From sequence record SRR31156797_482: a DNA stretch of 20,000 nucleotides. The stretch is one strand, 5' to 3'. Each line of letters starts with the position of its first letter. Position 1 is the stretch's first letter. Position numbers and translations under genes: made by a program. The notes below the pieces were generated by a model. That model was not told the DNA's origin. It did not search any database and was given only the letters and a program-made list of their open reading frames with translations. This document shows, in pieces, positions 9,830 through 17,724 of the stretch.

Positions 9830-10423
9830 ATGAACTACGGTAGGATATTATGCTTTTTGTTGCTTTCACTACTCATTGCCCCCGCCGCACACAGTGCAAG
9901 TGATCAATGGGACTTGGATAAGGGACATTCAAACGTCTACTTCAGTGTTGATCATATTTTTTCAAAAGTAATGGGCCATTTCAATGATTTTTCCACAGAC
10001 ATTGTTTTTAACCCTGATGATTTGGACAAGAGTAGCTTTGCCTTTACGATTAAAGTGAATTCCATCGACACCAATATCAGTAAACGGGACAAGCACCTTA
10101 TCTCGGCAGATTTTTTTGATGCGGGCAAACACCCCACAATGACGTTTACCTCGACAAGCGTGACAGCAGGAGATGCAGGACTCTACAATATAGTAGGAAA
10201 ACTTACTGTTAAAGGAAAAAGCTACGATTTTACCCTGCCGCTTGTTCTTGCAGGCGTGAAAGATCATCCAGCAGTTCCAGGCAAAGAAGTTGCTGGTTTC
10301 AACGGAAAGGTCGTTCTTGATCGCCTTGCCTACGGTGTCGGTACAGGTAAATTCTCCGAAATGGGCGTTGTAGGAAAAGATGTAGAAGTTTTTGTCAGCC
10401 TAGAGGTCACGAGGAGTAAATGA
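9830..10423 (+). CDS. yceI: YceI-family periplasmic lipid/polyisoprenoid-binding protein
   Basis: Signal peptide ending AHSA; WDLDKGHSNVYFSVDH, SIDTNISKRDKHLISADFFDA, GKLTVKG. GGAGG RBS favours ATG 9830. Confidence 0.92.
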   Translation: MNYGRILCFLLLSLLIAPAAHSASDQWDLDKGHSNVYFSVDHIFSKVMGHFNDFSTDIVFNPDDLDKSSFAFTIKVNSIDTNISKRDKHLISADFFDAGKHPTMTFTSTSVTAGDAGLYNIVGKLTVKGKSYDFTLPLVLAGVKDHPAVPGKEVAGFNGKVVLDRLAYGVGTGKFSEMGVVGKDVEVFVSLEVTRSK

Positions 10424-10433
10424 GCAGATGAGA

Positions 10434-10457
10434 CGCAGGGGTAAACCGCCCCTCGCG
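10434..10457 (+). terminator. GC-rich hairpin after yceI
   Basis: cgc-agggg-taaaccg-cccct-c-gcg; no clear U-tract. Confidence 0.4.
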
Positions 10458-10552
10458 AATATAAGCCTGATAACCGCCCAACAAAATTGAAGCGCCATAA
10501 ACATTTCTCGCTACTTATTATTCAACTCAGTTATTATTTAATTTGATATACT

Positions 10553-10580
10553 AATCGCGGCGCGCACCAGCGCCGCGATT
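10553..10580. repeat. Perfect 11-bp GC-rich inverted repeat upstream of the argA-like gene
   Basis: aatcgcggcgc-gcacca-gcgccgcgatt. Confidence 0.75.
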
Positions 10581-10625
10581 CTCAGCAGTACCTAACAAAG
10601 CCACAACACCTTTGATTACAGTCCA

Positions 10626-11618
10626 ATGCCACGATTATATCTCGATGAATACCACCAGGCCTTAACAGGCAAACATATCTGTATTGCCTGTCGGGAAGGT
10701 ATCTTGCGAGATAATTTTTCTCACATTGTGGCAGATATTAAGTTTCTTGTTCGGCACGGTATGCAAACAACGCTTTATCACAACATGGCCAATCGTTTTG
10801 CCAATCAAAAACACTTCCGTTTACTTGCCGATCGTCTCCCCGAAACAACGATTAATCGCGTTACGCCGGAGGTTGATTTTTACGCCCATGTGCTTGATAG
10901 GGAGCAGTCTATTTACAAGCTTATTTTTCTGGAACGTAAATACCTTTGTGATCGAAAAGGGCACCGGATTAACACACTCACAACCGAAGCAACGCTGCAG
11001 AAAAATAACGAACTTTATACCAATGTCAACATAGCAGGAGTCTTGAACCAGATATGCAATCGCATCATTGGGGGTGCGTACAATCGGGTCCACATCCTTC
11101 CTGCGCGTAAAAACACGATTAAGCATGAGCTTTTCACTGTGGAGGGCACCGGCACCCTGATCGCCAACAACTTCGAGGAAGATTTCATCCCTGCAGTTAC
11201 CGATAACGATGTTGAGATGCTAGTTGGTATTCTGGGTATATATGCGAAAAAAGGATTCCTTAAACCACGAAACAAGCAGTATCTCTTTGAGCATAGGAAA
11301 CATTTCCGCCTTACGATGATAGACGGGATTGCTGTCGGCTGTGTGGAACAGATAAAGATTGACCCTCGCACAGTTGAACTCGGAGCACTAGCAATCTCTA
11401 CCCGGTTTCGAAATCAGCGTATAGGGGTTTTTACGGTTAACGCATTCGAAGATGAGGCAAAGCGGGGAGGGTTCAAACGGATTATTTCACTCACCAACAA
11501 TCCCAGGCTGCATTCGCTCTATATGAAGCTTGGCTTCAGACAAAGTGACCGGCCAGAGTATGCTGCAAGACAGGCAGCATCTCCTGAGGTGGCTCTTTTT
11601 TGTAAAGACATAGGATGA
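10626..11618 (+). CDS. ArgA-like amino-acid N-acetyltransferase (shortened kinase-like domain plus GNAT domain)
   Basis: RVHILP...HELFTVEGTGTLI resembles the ArgA inter-domain motif. GNAT region GFLKPR...DGIAVGC...ELGALAISTRFRNQRIG. Confidence 0.72.
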   Translation: MPRLYLDEYHQALTGKHICIACREGILRDNFSHIVADIKFLVRHGMQTTLYHNMANRFANQKHFRLLADRLPETTINRVTPEVDFYAHVLDREQSIYKLIFLERKYLCDRKGHRINTLTTEATLQKNNELYTNVNIAGVLNQICNRIIGGAYNRVHILPARKNTIKHELFTVEGTGTLIANNFEEDFIPAVTDNDVEMLVGILGIYAKKGFLKPRNKQYLFEHRKHFRLTMIDGIAVGCVEQIKIDPRTVELGALAISTRFRNQRIGVFTVNAFEDEAKRGGFKRIISLTNNPRLHSLYMKLGFRQSDRPEYAARQAASPEVALFCKDIG

Positions 11619-11658
11619 AAAGATTCTACAGAAGGACTAGCGGGGTGACATTGAATTC

Positions 11659-11685
11659 AGCGGCTCAGCTGAAGCCGCTCTGTTT
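11659..11685. terminator. Hairpin between the convergent argA-like and small membrane protein genes
   Basis: agcggct-cagctga-agccgct followed by ctgttt. Confidence 0.55.
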
Positions 11686-11748
11686 AGATATGAGCTCCCC
11701 CCCCCCGTTTGGAAAAGGGTATCATTGAGGAGGACACCTCTAGAAAAT

Positions 11749-12009
11749 TTACTTAGGCTTATCGCCCCACCTTAAATCAATTTTTTCGCCCTTTTTCCAA
11801 CAAATATAAATAAGCTAGACTGTCAGAAAAATGCTGTAGAAAACAAAAAAGACCATTCCCCATGATGAACCGGTAACTATAAAAATCGGTACAATTATCA
11901 TCACCATGTAGAGAATAAACACGACCCAACCTTGCCAGGTAACTGGCAGTCCCCACCCGACACCGTACTTCATGGCAGGAAACCAGATGCCCTTCTTCTC
12001 TCTAGTCAT
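11749..12009 (-). pseudogene. Small two-TM membrane protein interrupted by an in-frame TAG at 11815-11817
   Basis: N-terminus WFPAMKYGVGWGLPVTWQGW. After the TAG the frame continues LIYICWKKGEKIDLRWGDKPK to TAA at 11749, completing TM2. I recall this family ending in a KGE..RWG-type tail. Confidence 0.7.
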
Positions 12010-12097
12010 TTTCCAAGTAATAGTTGATGCTTAACCTGAAAGGTACCCGGTTTACGTGGTACAAATCAAGTATGATCGAAGCCACCTGAGCACAAGT

Positions 12098-12142
12098 TAG
12101 CCCGAATTTCTCATGAACTTTATTGATAAGAAATCCGGGTTA
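12098..12142 (-). terminator. Imperfect 14-bp hairpin starting at the lyase stop codon
   Basis: Minus strand taacccggatttct...agaaattcgggcta (one mismatch, one G-U). Confidence 0.5.
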
Positions 12143-13006
12143 GCGACGCGAGGTTGAATAACGTTCTTCTTCCTTATAGTACTCATCAAAACCGACAACT
12201 TTTCTGACCTTATCAAAAGCCATTATCCCCGATGGTTGCGACCCCTCCCGCAGAGCTTGTAACGATTTCTCAATGGCCTGCATCGCTGCAGAAATCAAAG
12301 TTAGTGGATAAGCAGCAATTTTAAACCCTATCGCATGCAATTCCTCAGGTGACAAAACCGGCGTTTTTCCACCATCAATGATGTTAGCCATTTGAATACC
12401 GGGAACCTCTTTGCAAATGGTCTTCATCTCATCAACGCTTTCAGGGGCTTCAATAAAAATAATATCTGCACCAAGCTCAGCAAATTTTTGCCCTCTTACT
12501 ATTGCTTCACCCATACCATGGACTGCCCTTGCATCGGTTCGCGCCATAATAAGAATATCTTGCCCTTCATTTCGTGCATCAACCGCTGCAGCCACCCTTT
12601 CAAAAGCTTCCGCTTGCTCAACAACGAGCTTTCCCTTGGTATGCCCACAACGCTTGGGCGACACCTGATCTTCAATCATCACCGAGGCAAATCCAACCTG
12701 CGCATAACCCTTTACTGTGCGATACACATTCATCGCATTACCGTATCCGGTATCCCCATCGCCTATAACAGGGATGGATGCTGCACTACAGATATTTCTG
12801 CCCTGATCGAGCATTTCTGCATAAGAAATGAGACCTGTATCTGGCAGGCCTAAACGAGCAGCAGCAACGGAAAACCCAGACATAAAAGTAAGCGCAAACC
12901 CTGCTTGCTCAATCATCTTAGCAGTTAAGCCATCATAGCAACATGGCATAATATGACACTGATCCTTGGCAAGCAGTTCTCGTAATTGTTGAGCTGGGGA
13001 GATCAT
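12140..13006 (-). CDS. Isocitrate lyase/PEP mutase superfamily C-C lyase (methylisocitrate/dimethylmalate lyase-like)
   Basis: MSGF, GLPDTG, DGDTGYG, IEDQVSPKRCGHTKGK, ARTDAR, GADIIFIEA, GGKTP. GAGGA RBS favours ATG 13006. Confidence 0.9.
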   Translation of the reverse strand: MISPAQQLRELLAKDQCHIMPCCYDGLTAKMIEQAGFALTFMSGFSVAAARLGLPDTGLISYAEMLDQGRNICSAASIPVIGDGDTGYGNAMNVYRTVKGYAQVGFASVMIEDQVSPKRCGHTKGKLVVEQAEAFERVAAAVDARNEGQDILIMARTDARAVHGMGEAIVRGQKFAELGADIIFIEAPESVDEMKTICKEVPGIQMANIIDGGKTPVLSPEELHAIGFKIAAYPLTLISAAMQAIEKSLQALREGSQPSGIMAFDKVRKVVGFDEYYKEEERYSTSRR

Positions 13007-13018
13007 AATCTTCCTCAA

Positions 13019-14290
13019 TTAAAGGTTGTAAGGAATATACGTTGCCAGCCCAGGAAAAAACCAAAGGAGCACCACTGTACCCAGCAAAATAAGAATAAAC
13101 GGCCAAACGCCTCTGATCACTTCCCCTAACGGAACCCTTGCCACAGCCTGGATAACAAAGAGATTGAGACCAACTGGTGGTGTAATAAGAGCGCACTCAA
13201 TCATGACTACAAACAGAACCCCAAACCAGATTGGATCAATCATCAAGGGCTCTAGCGATGAATATAAAACCGGCATCATAATGAGTAACATTGACAGTGA
13301 TTCTAAAAAGAACCCCATCACCAACAAAACAGCACAAACAATCAACACGAAAAATCCCGGCTGCGAGATATTCATGGCAATTGCAGATGAAATCTCCTGC
13401 GGGATCTGATAGAGCGTGATCGCTTTACCAAAGAGTTTAGCACCAGCAATAATCAGAAAGATGGTCACGGTGGTTACCATTGAAGTATGAACAGCTTCCT
13501 TCAACTTGGTCCAATTCATTCGCCCCATTGCATAAACAATAATGAGAGCAACGGCAAAACCAATCCCTGCAGACTCAGTAGGGGTAAACCAACCGGCATA
13601 AATACCACCGACCACTATCGCAGCCAGCAATACGGTTGGGAATGCCAACAGAGTCGCTTTTTTACGTTCTTTCCACGTTGCCTTTGCAACGGGTTGATAC
13701 CCTTTGCCAAACTTGGCGTACACAAAACAAAAAAGGATAAAACAAAATGCGAGAAATATTCCAGGCCCTATCCCTGCCAGAAACAGGCCGACAATTGATT
13801 CTTCGGTGATAACACCATAAACAATCATGGGTATTGAAGGGGGAATGAGAATACCCAAAGTTCCACCAGCAGCCATCAAACCAAGCACAAAGGGTTTGTG
13901 ATACCCTCTTTCTGTCATTTCAGTGATAGCCACGGTTCCAATGGTTGCAGCTGTAGCGATAGAAGAACCTGAAATTGCCGAAAAAAGCGCGCAGCTTATG
14001 ATTGTGGCCACACCAAGCCCACCCGGCCAATGACCGACCCAGCTCTGTACAGCCCGAAAAAGATCGGTACCGACACCACCTTTGAGTAAAACATTGGACA
14101 TCAAAAGAAAAAGGGGCACAGCCAGAAGAATAAAGCTATCCATACTGCTAAAGAGCGACAGCGGAACCATGGAAAGAGTAAACCCCTTCATCACAAGCAG
14201 CAGCAATCCCAGCCCCCCTAAAGTAAAGGCCACTGGCACTCGCAGAAGAAGCAATATGACAAGTGATGCAAGTATAAGTATCGAAGTCAT
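13019..14290 (-). CDS. dctM: TRAP transporter large permease
   Basis: LLAVPLF, FSAISGSS, GGTLGILIPPSIPMIVYG, FTPTES, ITPPVGLNLFV. Confidence 0.95.
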   Translation of the reverse strand: MTSILILASLVILLLLRVPVAFTLGGLGLLLLVMKGFTLSMVPLSLFSSMDSFILLAVPLFLLMSNVLLKGGVGTDLFRAVQSWVGHWPGGLGVATIISCALFSAISGSSIATAATIGTVAITEMTERGYHKPFVLGLMAAGGTLGILIPPSIPMIVYGVITEESIVGLFLAGIGPGIFLAFCFILFCFVYAKFGKGYQPVAKATWKERKKATLLAFPTVLLAAIVVGGIYAGWFTPTESAGIGFAVALIIVYAMGRMNWTKLKEAVHTSMVTTVTIFLIIAGAKLFGKAITLYQIPQEISSAIAMNISQPGFFVLIVCAVLLVMGFFLESLSMLLIMMPVLYSSLEPLMIDPIWFGVLFVVMIECALITPPVGLNLFVIQAVARVPLGEVIRGVWPFILILLGTVVLLWFFPGLATYIPYNL

Positions 14291-14302
14291 TTCTGCTTCC
14301 TC

Positions 14303-14809
14303 TTAAATTTTATGTTCTGCGCTAGCGGCAACTTCACCGCCCTTGGCAAGCTTGATCATTTCCACAACAGCCTGGACCAAAAGAAGACCAAAGCCCACAG
14401 GCACAGCACTTTCAGTAATCCATTTTGGCACCCCAAGCATGGAGGAGGTTTTTCGTCCCATATCGATGGATTCGATAACGACCTCCGCACCATAGTAGGT
14501 GGCTACTCCAGAAAAGATGGCAATGATGGCAAGAGCAAAGAATTCCAATATTTTCAGCTTTGCAGATGATAACGAACCAGTAAACAACTCCACGGTTATC
14601 AACTCTCTACTTTTTAGAATATGGGCGCTTGCAAGATATATCGCCCAAACTAGACAAAACCTAGCGGTCTCGTCAACCCAGATGGTTGGGGAGTTAAACA
14701 CTTTCCGCATAACGACTTCAAAAGTGACCATCACTCCAATCACAAACAGCATCCACGCTGAGAAGTAAGCAGCTACCTTTGTTATTTTATCAATTATCTT
14801 TATCACCAC
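14303..14809 (-). CDS. dctQ: TRAP transporter small permease
   Basis: Four TM helices, EVVMRKVFNSPTIWVDE motif, position between dctP and dctM; GTG start. Confidence 0.92.
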   Translation of the reverse strand: MVIKIIDKITKVAAYFSAWMLFVIGVMVTFEVVMRKVFNSPTIWVDETARFCLVWAIYLASAHILKSRELITVELFTGSLSSAKLKILEFFALAIIAIFSGVATYYGAEVVIESIDMGRKTSSMLGVPKWITESAVPVGFGLLLVQAVVEMIKLAKGGEVAASAEHKI

Positions 14810-14823
14810 ATCACCATCAAAAT

Positions 14824-14848
14824 GATCCGGGCCGTTACAACCCGGATC
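14824..14848 (-). promoter_or_regulatory. Intercistronic stem-loop between dctP and dctQ
   Basis: gatccggg-N9-cccggatc, perfect 8-bp stem with no long U-tract. Confidence 0.6.
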
Positions 14849-14863
14849 GTATCTTTCAAAATC

Positions 14864-15850
14864 TTATAACTGTTGCGCTTCAGCCACAACCTGCTTACCA
14901 AGATCGCCAGCTCTTTGTTCAAATCTCTCAACAACAGGCTTGGTTGCTTCACGCCACTCTGCTCTTTCGGCGTCGTTTAAATCAACCACTTCGATTTTAT
15001 CTTTCACAAAATCAAGGGATTCCTGCTCAATGGCACCCATTTTATCACGAAGCTCTTTTTCAACGCGAAGACCAGCTTTGCTGATAACAGCTCTTTCTTG
15101 GTCTGTAAGCCCTTGCCATACCTTTTCGTTGACGATAACGATAAACTCAATGTCAGCATCATAGGTGAGAGTCATGTAATCCATAACTTCATAAAGCTTT
15201 CTGGATTTCACAGCGGTAATACCTGTCATCCCCGCATCTACAGTACCACGCTGATAAGCAAGAAACTGTTTTGAACCAGACATCATGGTAGGAGCACCAC
15301 CAACGGTAGTAACTGTATCTCCAAGGGTTTTGCCAAAGACACGAACCTTTTTGCCCTTCATATCAGCAGGTGTTTTAATTACATTCTTTTTAGAAAGGAT
15401 GATTGAACTACCGTATGCCTGCCACCAAAGCACGCGGGTTCCTGTACCTAAAATAGCATTATCAAGCGCCTTTCTGATATTAGATCCTGCAGCGGTTGCT
15501 TTTTGAACTTTTTCAGGGCTATCAAACATAAATGGAACATAAAAAACATCCACGGCAGGAATAGTACCAGCAAATCTGGTAAGAGAGGCAACACCCATCT
15601 CTATTGCTCCAGAAGCTACTGCCTGCGGCACTTCTTTATCTTTATACAACTGAGCAGATGGATAGATTTCGATTTTCAAGGCACCGTTACTTTCCTTCTC
15701 CACCTCTTGTTTAAAATCCAATAAATTTTGCCCAAGATGATGCTTTAACGGTAACTGCAAACTGATTCTCAACGTTTTCTCAGCATATGCTGCTGTTGTT
15801 AAAGCCAGTATCGTTGCAACAGACACGAATAATAAACCAATTTTCCTCAT
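14864..15850 (-). CDS. dctP: TRAP transporter substrate-binding protein
   Basis: Signal peptide ending AYA; IEIYPSAQLY, DMKGKKVRV with the conserved Arg, QRGTVDA. Strong GGAGGAG RBS. Confidence 0.95.
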   Translation of the reverse strand: MRKIGLLFVSVATILALTTAAYAEKTLRISLQLPLKHHLGQNLLDFKQEVEKESNGALKIEIYPSAQLYKDKEVPQAVASGAIEMGVASLTRFAGTIPAVDVFYVPFMFDSPEKVQKATAAGSNIRKALDNAILGTGTRVLWWQAYGSSIILSKKNVIKTPADMKGKKVRVFGKTLGDTVTTVGGAPTMMSGSKQFLAYQRGTVDAGMTGITAVKSRKLYEVMDYMTLTYDADIEFIVIVNEKVWQGLTDQERAVISKAGLRVEKELRDKMGAIEQESLDFVKDKIEVVDLNDAERAEWREATKPVVERFEQRAGDLGKQVVAEAQQL

Positions 15851-15990
15851 ACTCTCTCCTCCATTTATTGTTTAGGGACTTCGGAAGTAAAATACGCAAA
15901 AAACGTGTTAGCCTTCCAACATATCGTGAAATTCCAGAGCGAACTCACAAACACTCTGTTCAAGACAGCACCACTGATAACACAACCAAG

Positions 15991-16050
15991 TTAGCTTCAA
16001 TCAATGCCAAAAGTGTTCATACAATTTTCCTAAAAAGGCGTAAACATATT
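15991..16050. repeat. Direct repeat copy 1 (60 bp) containing a sigma70-like promoter on the minus strand
   Basis: 50/60 identical to 16343-16402 by manual ungapped alignment. Minus strand reads TTTACG-N17-TATGAA. Confidence 0.8.
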
Positions 16051-16342
16051 ACTCTCAAATAGGAAAAAATAACTCCGTTAGAATAAGCTATGGAACCAGA
16101 TGACACATATCGCGAAAGAATGACATCTCCTTATCATTCATTTTTCACAGGATATATTTATAAATCGAGAAGTAGAAAAACCCTTTTAACGTGAAGCAGG
16201 CGTCGGCTACAGCCACTTTTTATATCGTAATGGCAATGCCCCCCTCCCCTATTGCACTGATGCAGTTTTGACAACTTTGCTCAGTGCTCACGGACGGAAA
16301 AGTATGATACCTGAACACAGAGCAAATGAAAATGCTGCTCAA

Positions 16343-16402
16343 TTAACCTTAATCAATACCAAAAGTGTTAATACAGTTTTCCTAAAACGATATAAACATA
16401 TT
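16343..16402. repeat. Direct repeat copy 2 (60 bp)
   Basis: Minus strand reads TTTATA-N17-TATTAA at the equivalent position. Confidence 0.8.
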
Positions 16403-16571
16403 TCCAAACCCAACTAACTACCTTTTCGTAATCAATTGAATTCCGATCTGTAATCCAATTGATGCACTTCAGTATGAACCCGAAGGGCTCACAACAGAAG
16501 CGACTCCCCCAAGCCCCTCTCGTCAAAGATTTATTTTTCTCATAACGAAATCTGTAGGATCAAACATTTTC

Positions 16572-16587
16572 TGGCATCACCCATGCA
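16572..16587 (+). promoter_or_regulatory. Putative sigma54 -24/-12 promoter for the PA14 PEP-CTERM gene
   Basis: TGGCATCACCCATGCA has exact GG-N10-GC spacing, about 115 nt upstream of ATG 16704. Confidence 0.6.
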
Positions 16588-16703
16588 GGAAGATTCATAT
16601 CTCAAAAAAAAATGCGGGTTATGACGACAACATGCCTGAAAGCGTTGGAAAAAGATCAACCCAAAACATCTTTTTCCCTCATACATATTGGAGAGAATGA
16701 AGT

Positions 16704-17339
16704 ATGAAAGAAATTATATCCAGATTGGTTGGGGTGAGTGCCTTACTTGTAGCTGTAAACGTCCAAGCGACCCCCATAAGTGCGCATTGGGTCAACATTG
16801 GCTCCAGCTTGTCGACTATAGTACAAGCTGAGGCAGCGCTAGAAGATATCAACGGCCAGTATGACCACTTTTATACACAAGAATCTGTAATCGATTTCAG
16901 CCAAGATGGTTATACTGGCAACGTAAGCGGTTACCTGGATACCCCTATCGATGTTGCAGACAATCTCTGGGCAGTTCAATTTACCGCTGATTTAAATATA
17001 TCGACGGCTAGTGACTATGACTTTTTCGTTTTTACAGATGACGGGTTTGATCTTAGGATTGATGGTAGCAGCGTAATGTCATTTAACGCCAATAGAGCAC
17101 CGAAGACATCTTCTGATACAATTTACTTATCGGAGGGGTTGCATTCATTTGAACTTATACACTGGGAAAATTATGGTGTCGAAGCAGTTGAGTGGAGCTG
17201 GAAACCTACAAACTCCGGGCAAGAACCCACATTGGTAAACAGTTTCGCACCATCAGCCGTTCCCGAACCAAGAACGATGATCCTCTTTGGCGCAGGCCTC
17301 GCTGGACTAGCTGCAATAAGTAAAAGCAGACGTAAATAA
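16704..17339 (+). CDS. PEP-CTERM sorting-domain protein with PA14 domain
   Basis: Signal peptide ending VQA; PA14 core YDFFVFTDDGFDLRIDG...GLHSFELIHWENYG; C-terminal VPEPRTMILFGAGLAGLAAISKSRRK. GGAG RBS. Confidence 0.9.
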   Translation: MKEIISRLVGVSALLVAVNVQATPISAHWVNIGSSLSTIVQAEAALEDINGQYDHFYTQESVIDFSQDGYTGNVSGYLDTPIDVADNLWAVQFTADLNISTASDYDFFVFTDDGFDLRIDGSSVMSFNANRAPKTSSDTIYLSEGLHSFELIHWENYGVEAVEWSWKPTNSGQEPTLVNSFAPSAVPEPRTMILFGAGLAGLAAISKSRRK

Positions 17340-17362
17340 TATTTCCGGCTAACCAAATTGAG

Positions 17363-17395
17363 AAGGCAGGGCTTGACGGCTCTGCCTTTTTTTTT
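17363..17395 (+). terminator. Intrinsic terminator of the PA14 PEP-CTERM gene
   Basis: aaggcagggc-ttgacg-gctctgcctt followed by a T-run. Confidence 0.85.
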
Positions 17396-17724
17396 CACAA
17401 ACCTAGCCCCTTTTCATACATTTTTCCCTACTCTCCAACTGGATACGCAACAAATCACGTAATAAACAGATTGTTTCCACGGGCACAACAATCCCATGCA
17501 AGTGGCTATAATGATATTCAACCACAAAAGACTAACTATTAGATAAACAATATCAACTGTCCCGAATTGTGAGTTCACGTTGACGTTGTTTTCTCTTTAT
17601 GAAGAAAATTTCTACTATCTGCCACCATTATTTGTACAAGTGCGTAACAATTTAACCGATACTTTCTTTATAGTTCTAATCAGACCCAATAATTTCAAAA
17701 TATATCTAATATAGAGGTATTTAT

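Noticed and set aside
11697..11706. C10 homopolymer as a phase-variation tract
   Set aside because: Lies between convergent 3' ends, outside any coding or promoter region.
12096..12145. attC-like look of the hairpin after the lyase (TAAC at the stop codon, GTTAGC ends)
   Set aside because: No correctly oriented RYYYAAC...GTTRRRY pair, no integrase, and the gene is part of an operon.
12140..13006. Assigning the symbol prpB
   Set aside because: No methylcitrate-cycle neighbours, and the motifs are shared by several lyases of the superfamily.
15994..16010. Sigma54 site in direct-repeat copy 1 (minus strand TTGGCATTGATTGAAGC)
   Set aside because: Spacing is GG-N11-GC rather than N10, and it is not kept in copy 2.
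15991..16402. Direct repeats as a CRISPR remnant or IS ends
   Set aside because: Only two 60-bp copies 352 bp apart, direct orientation, no cas or transposase gene.
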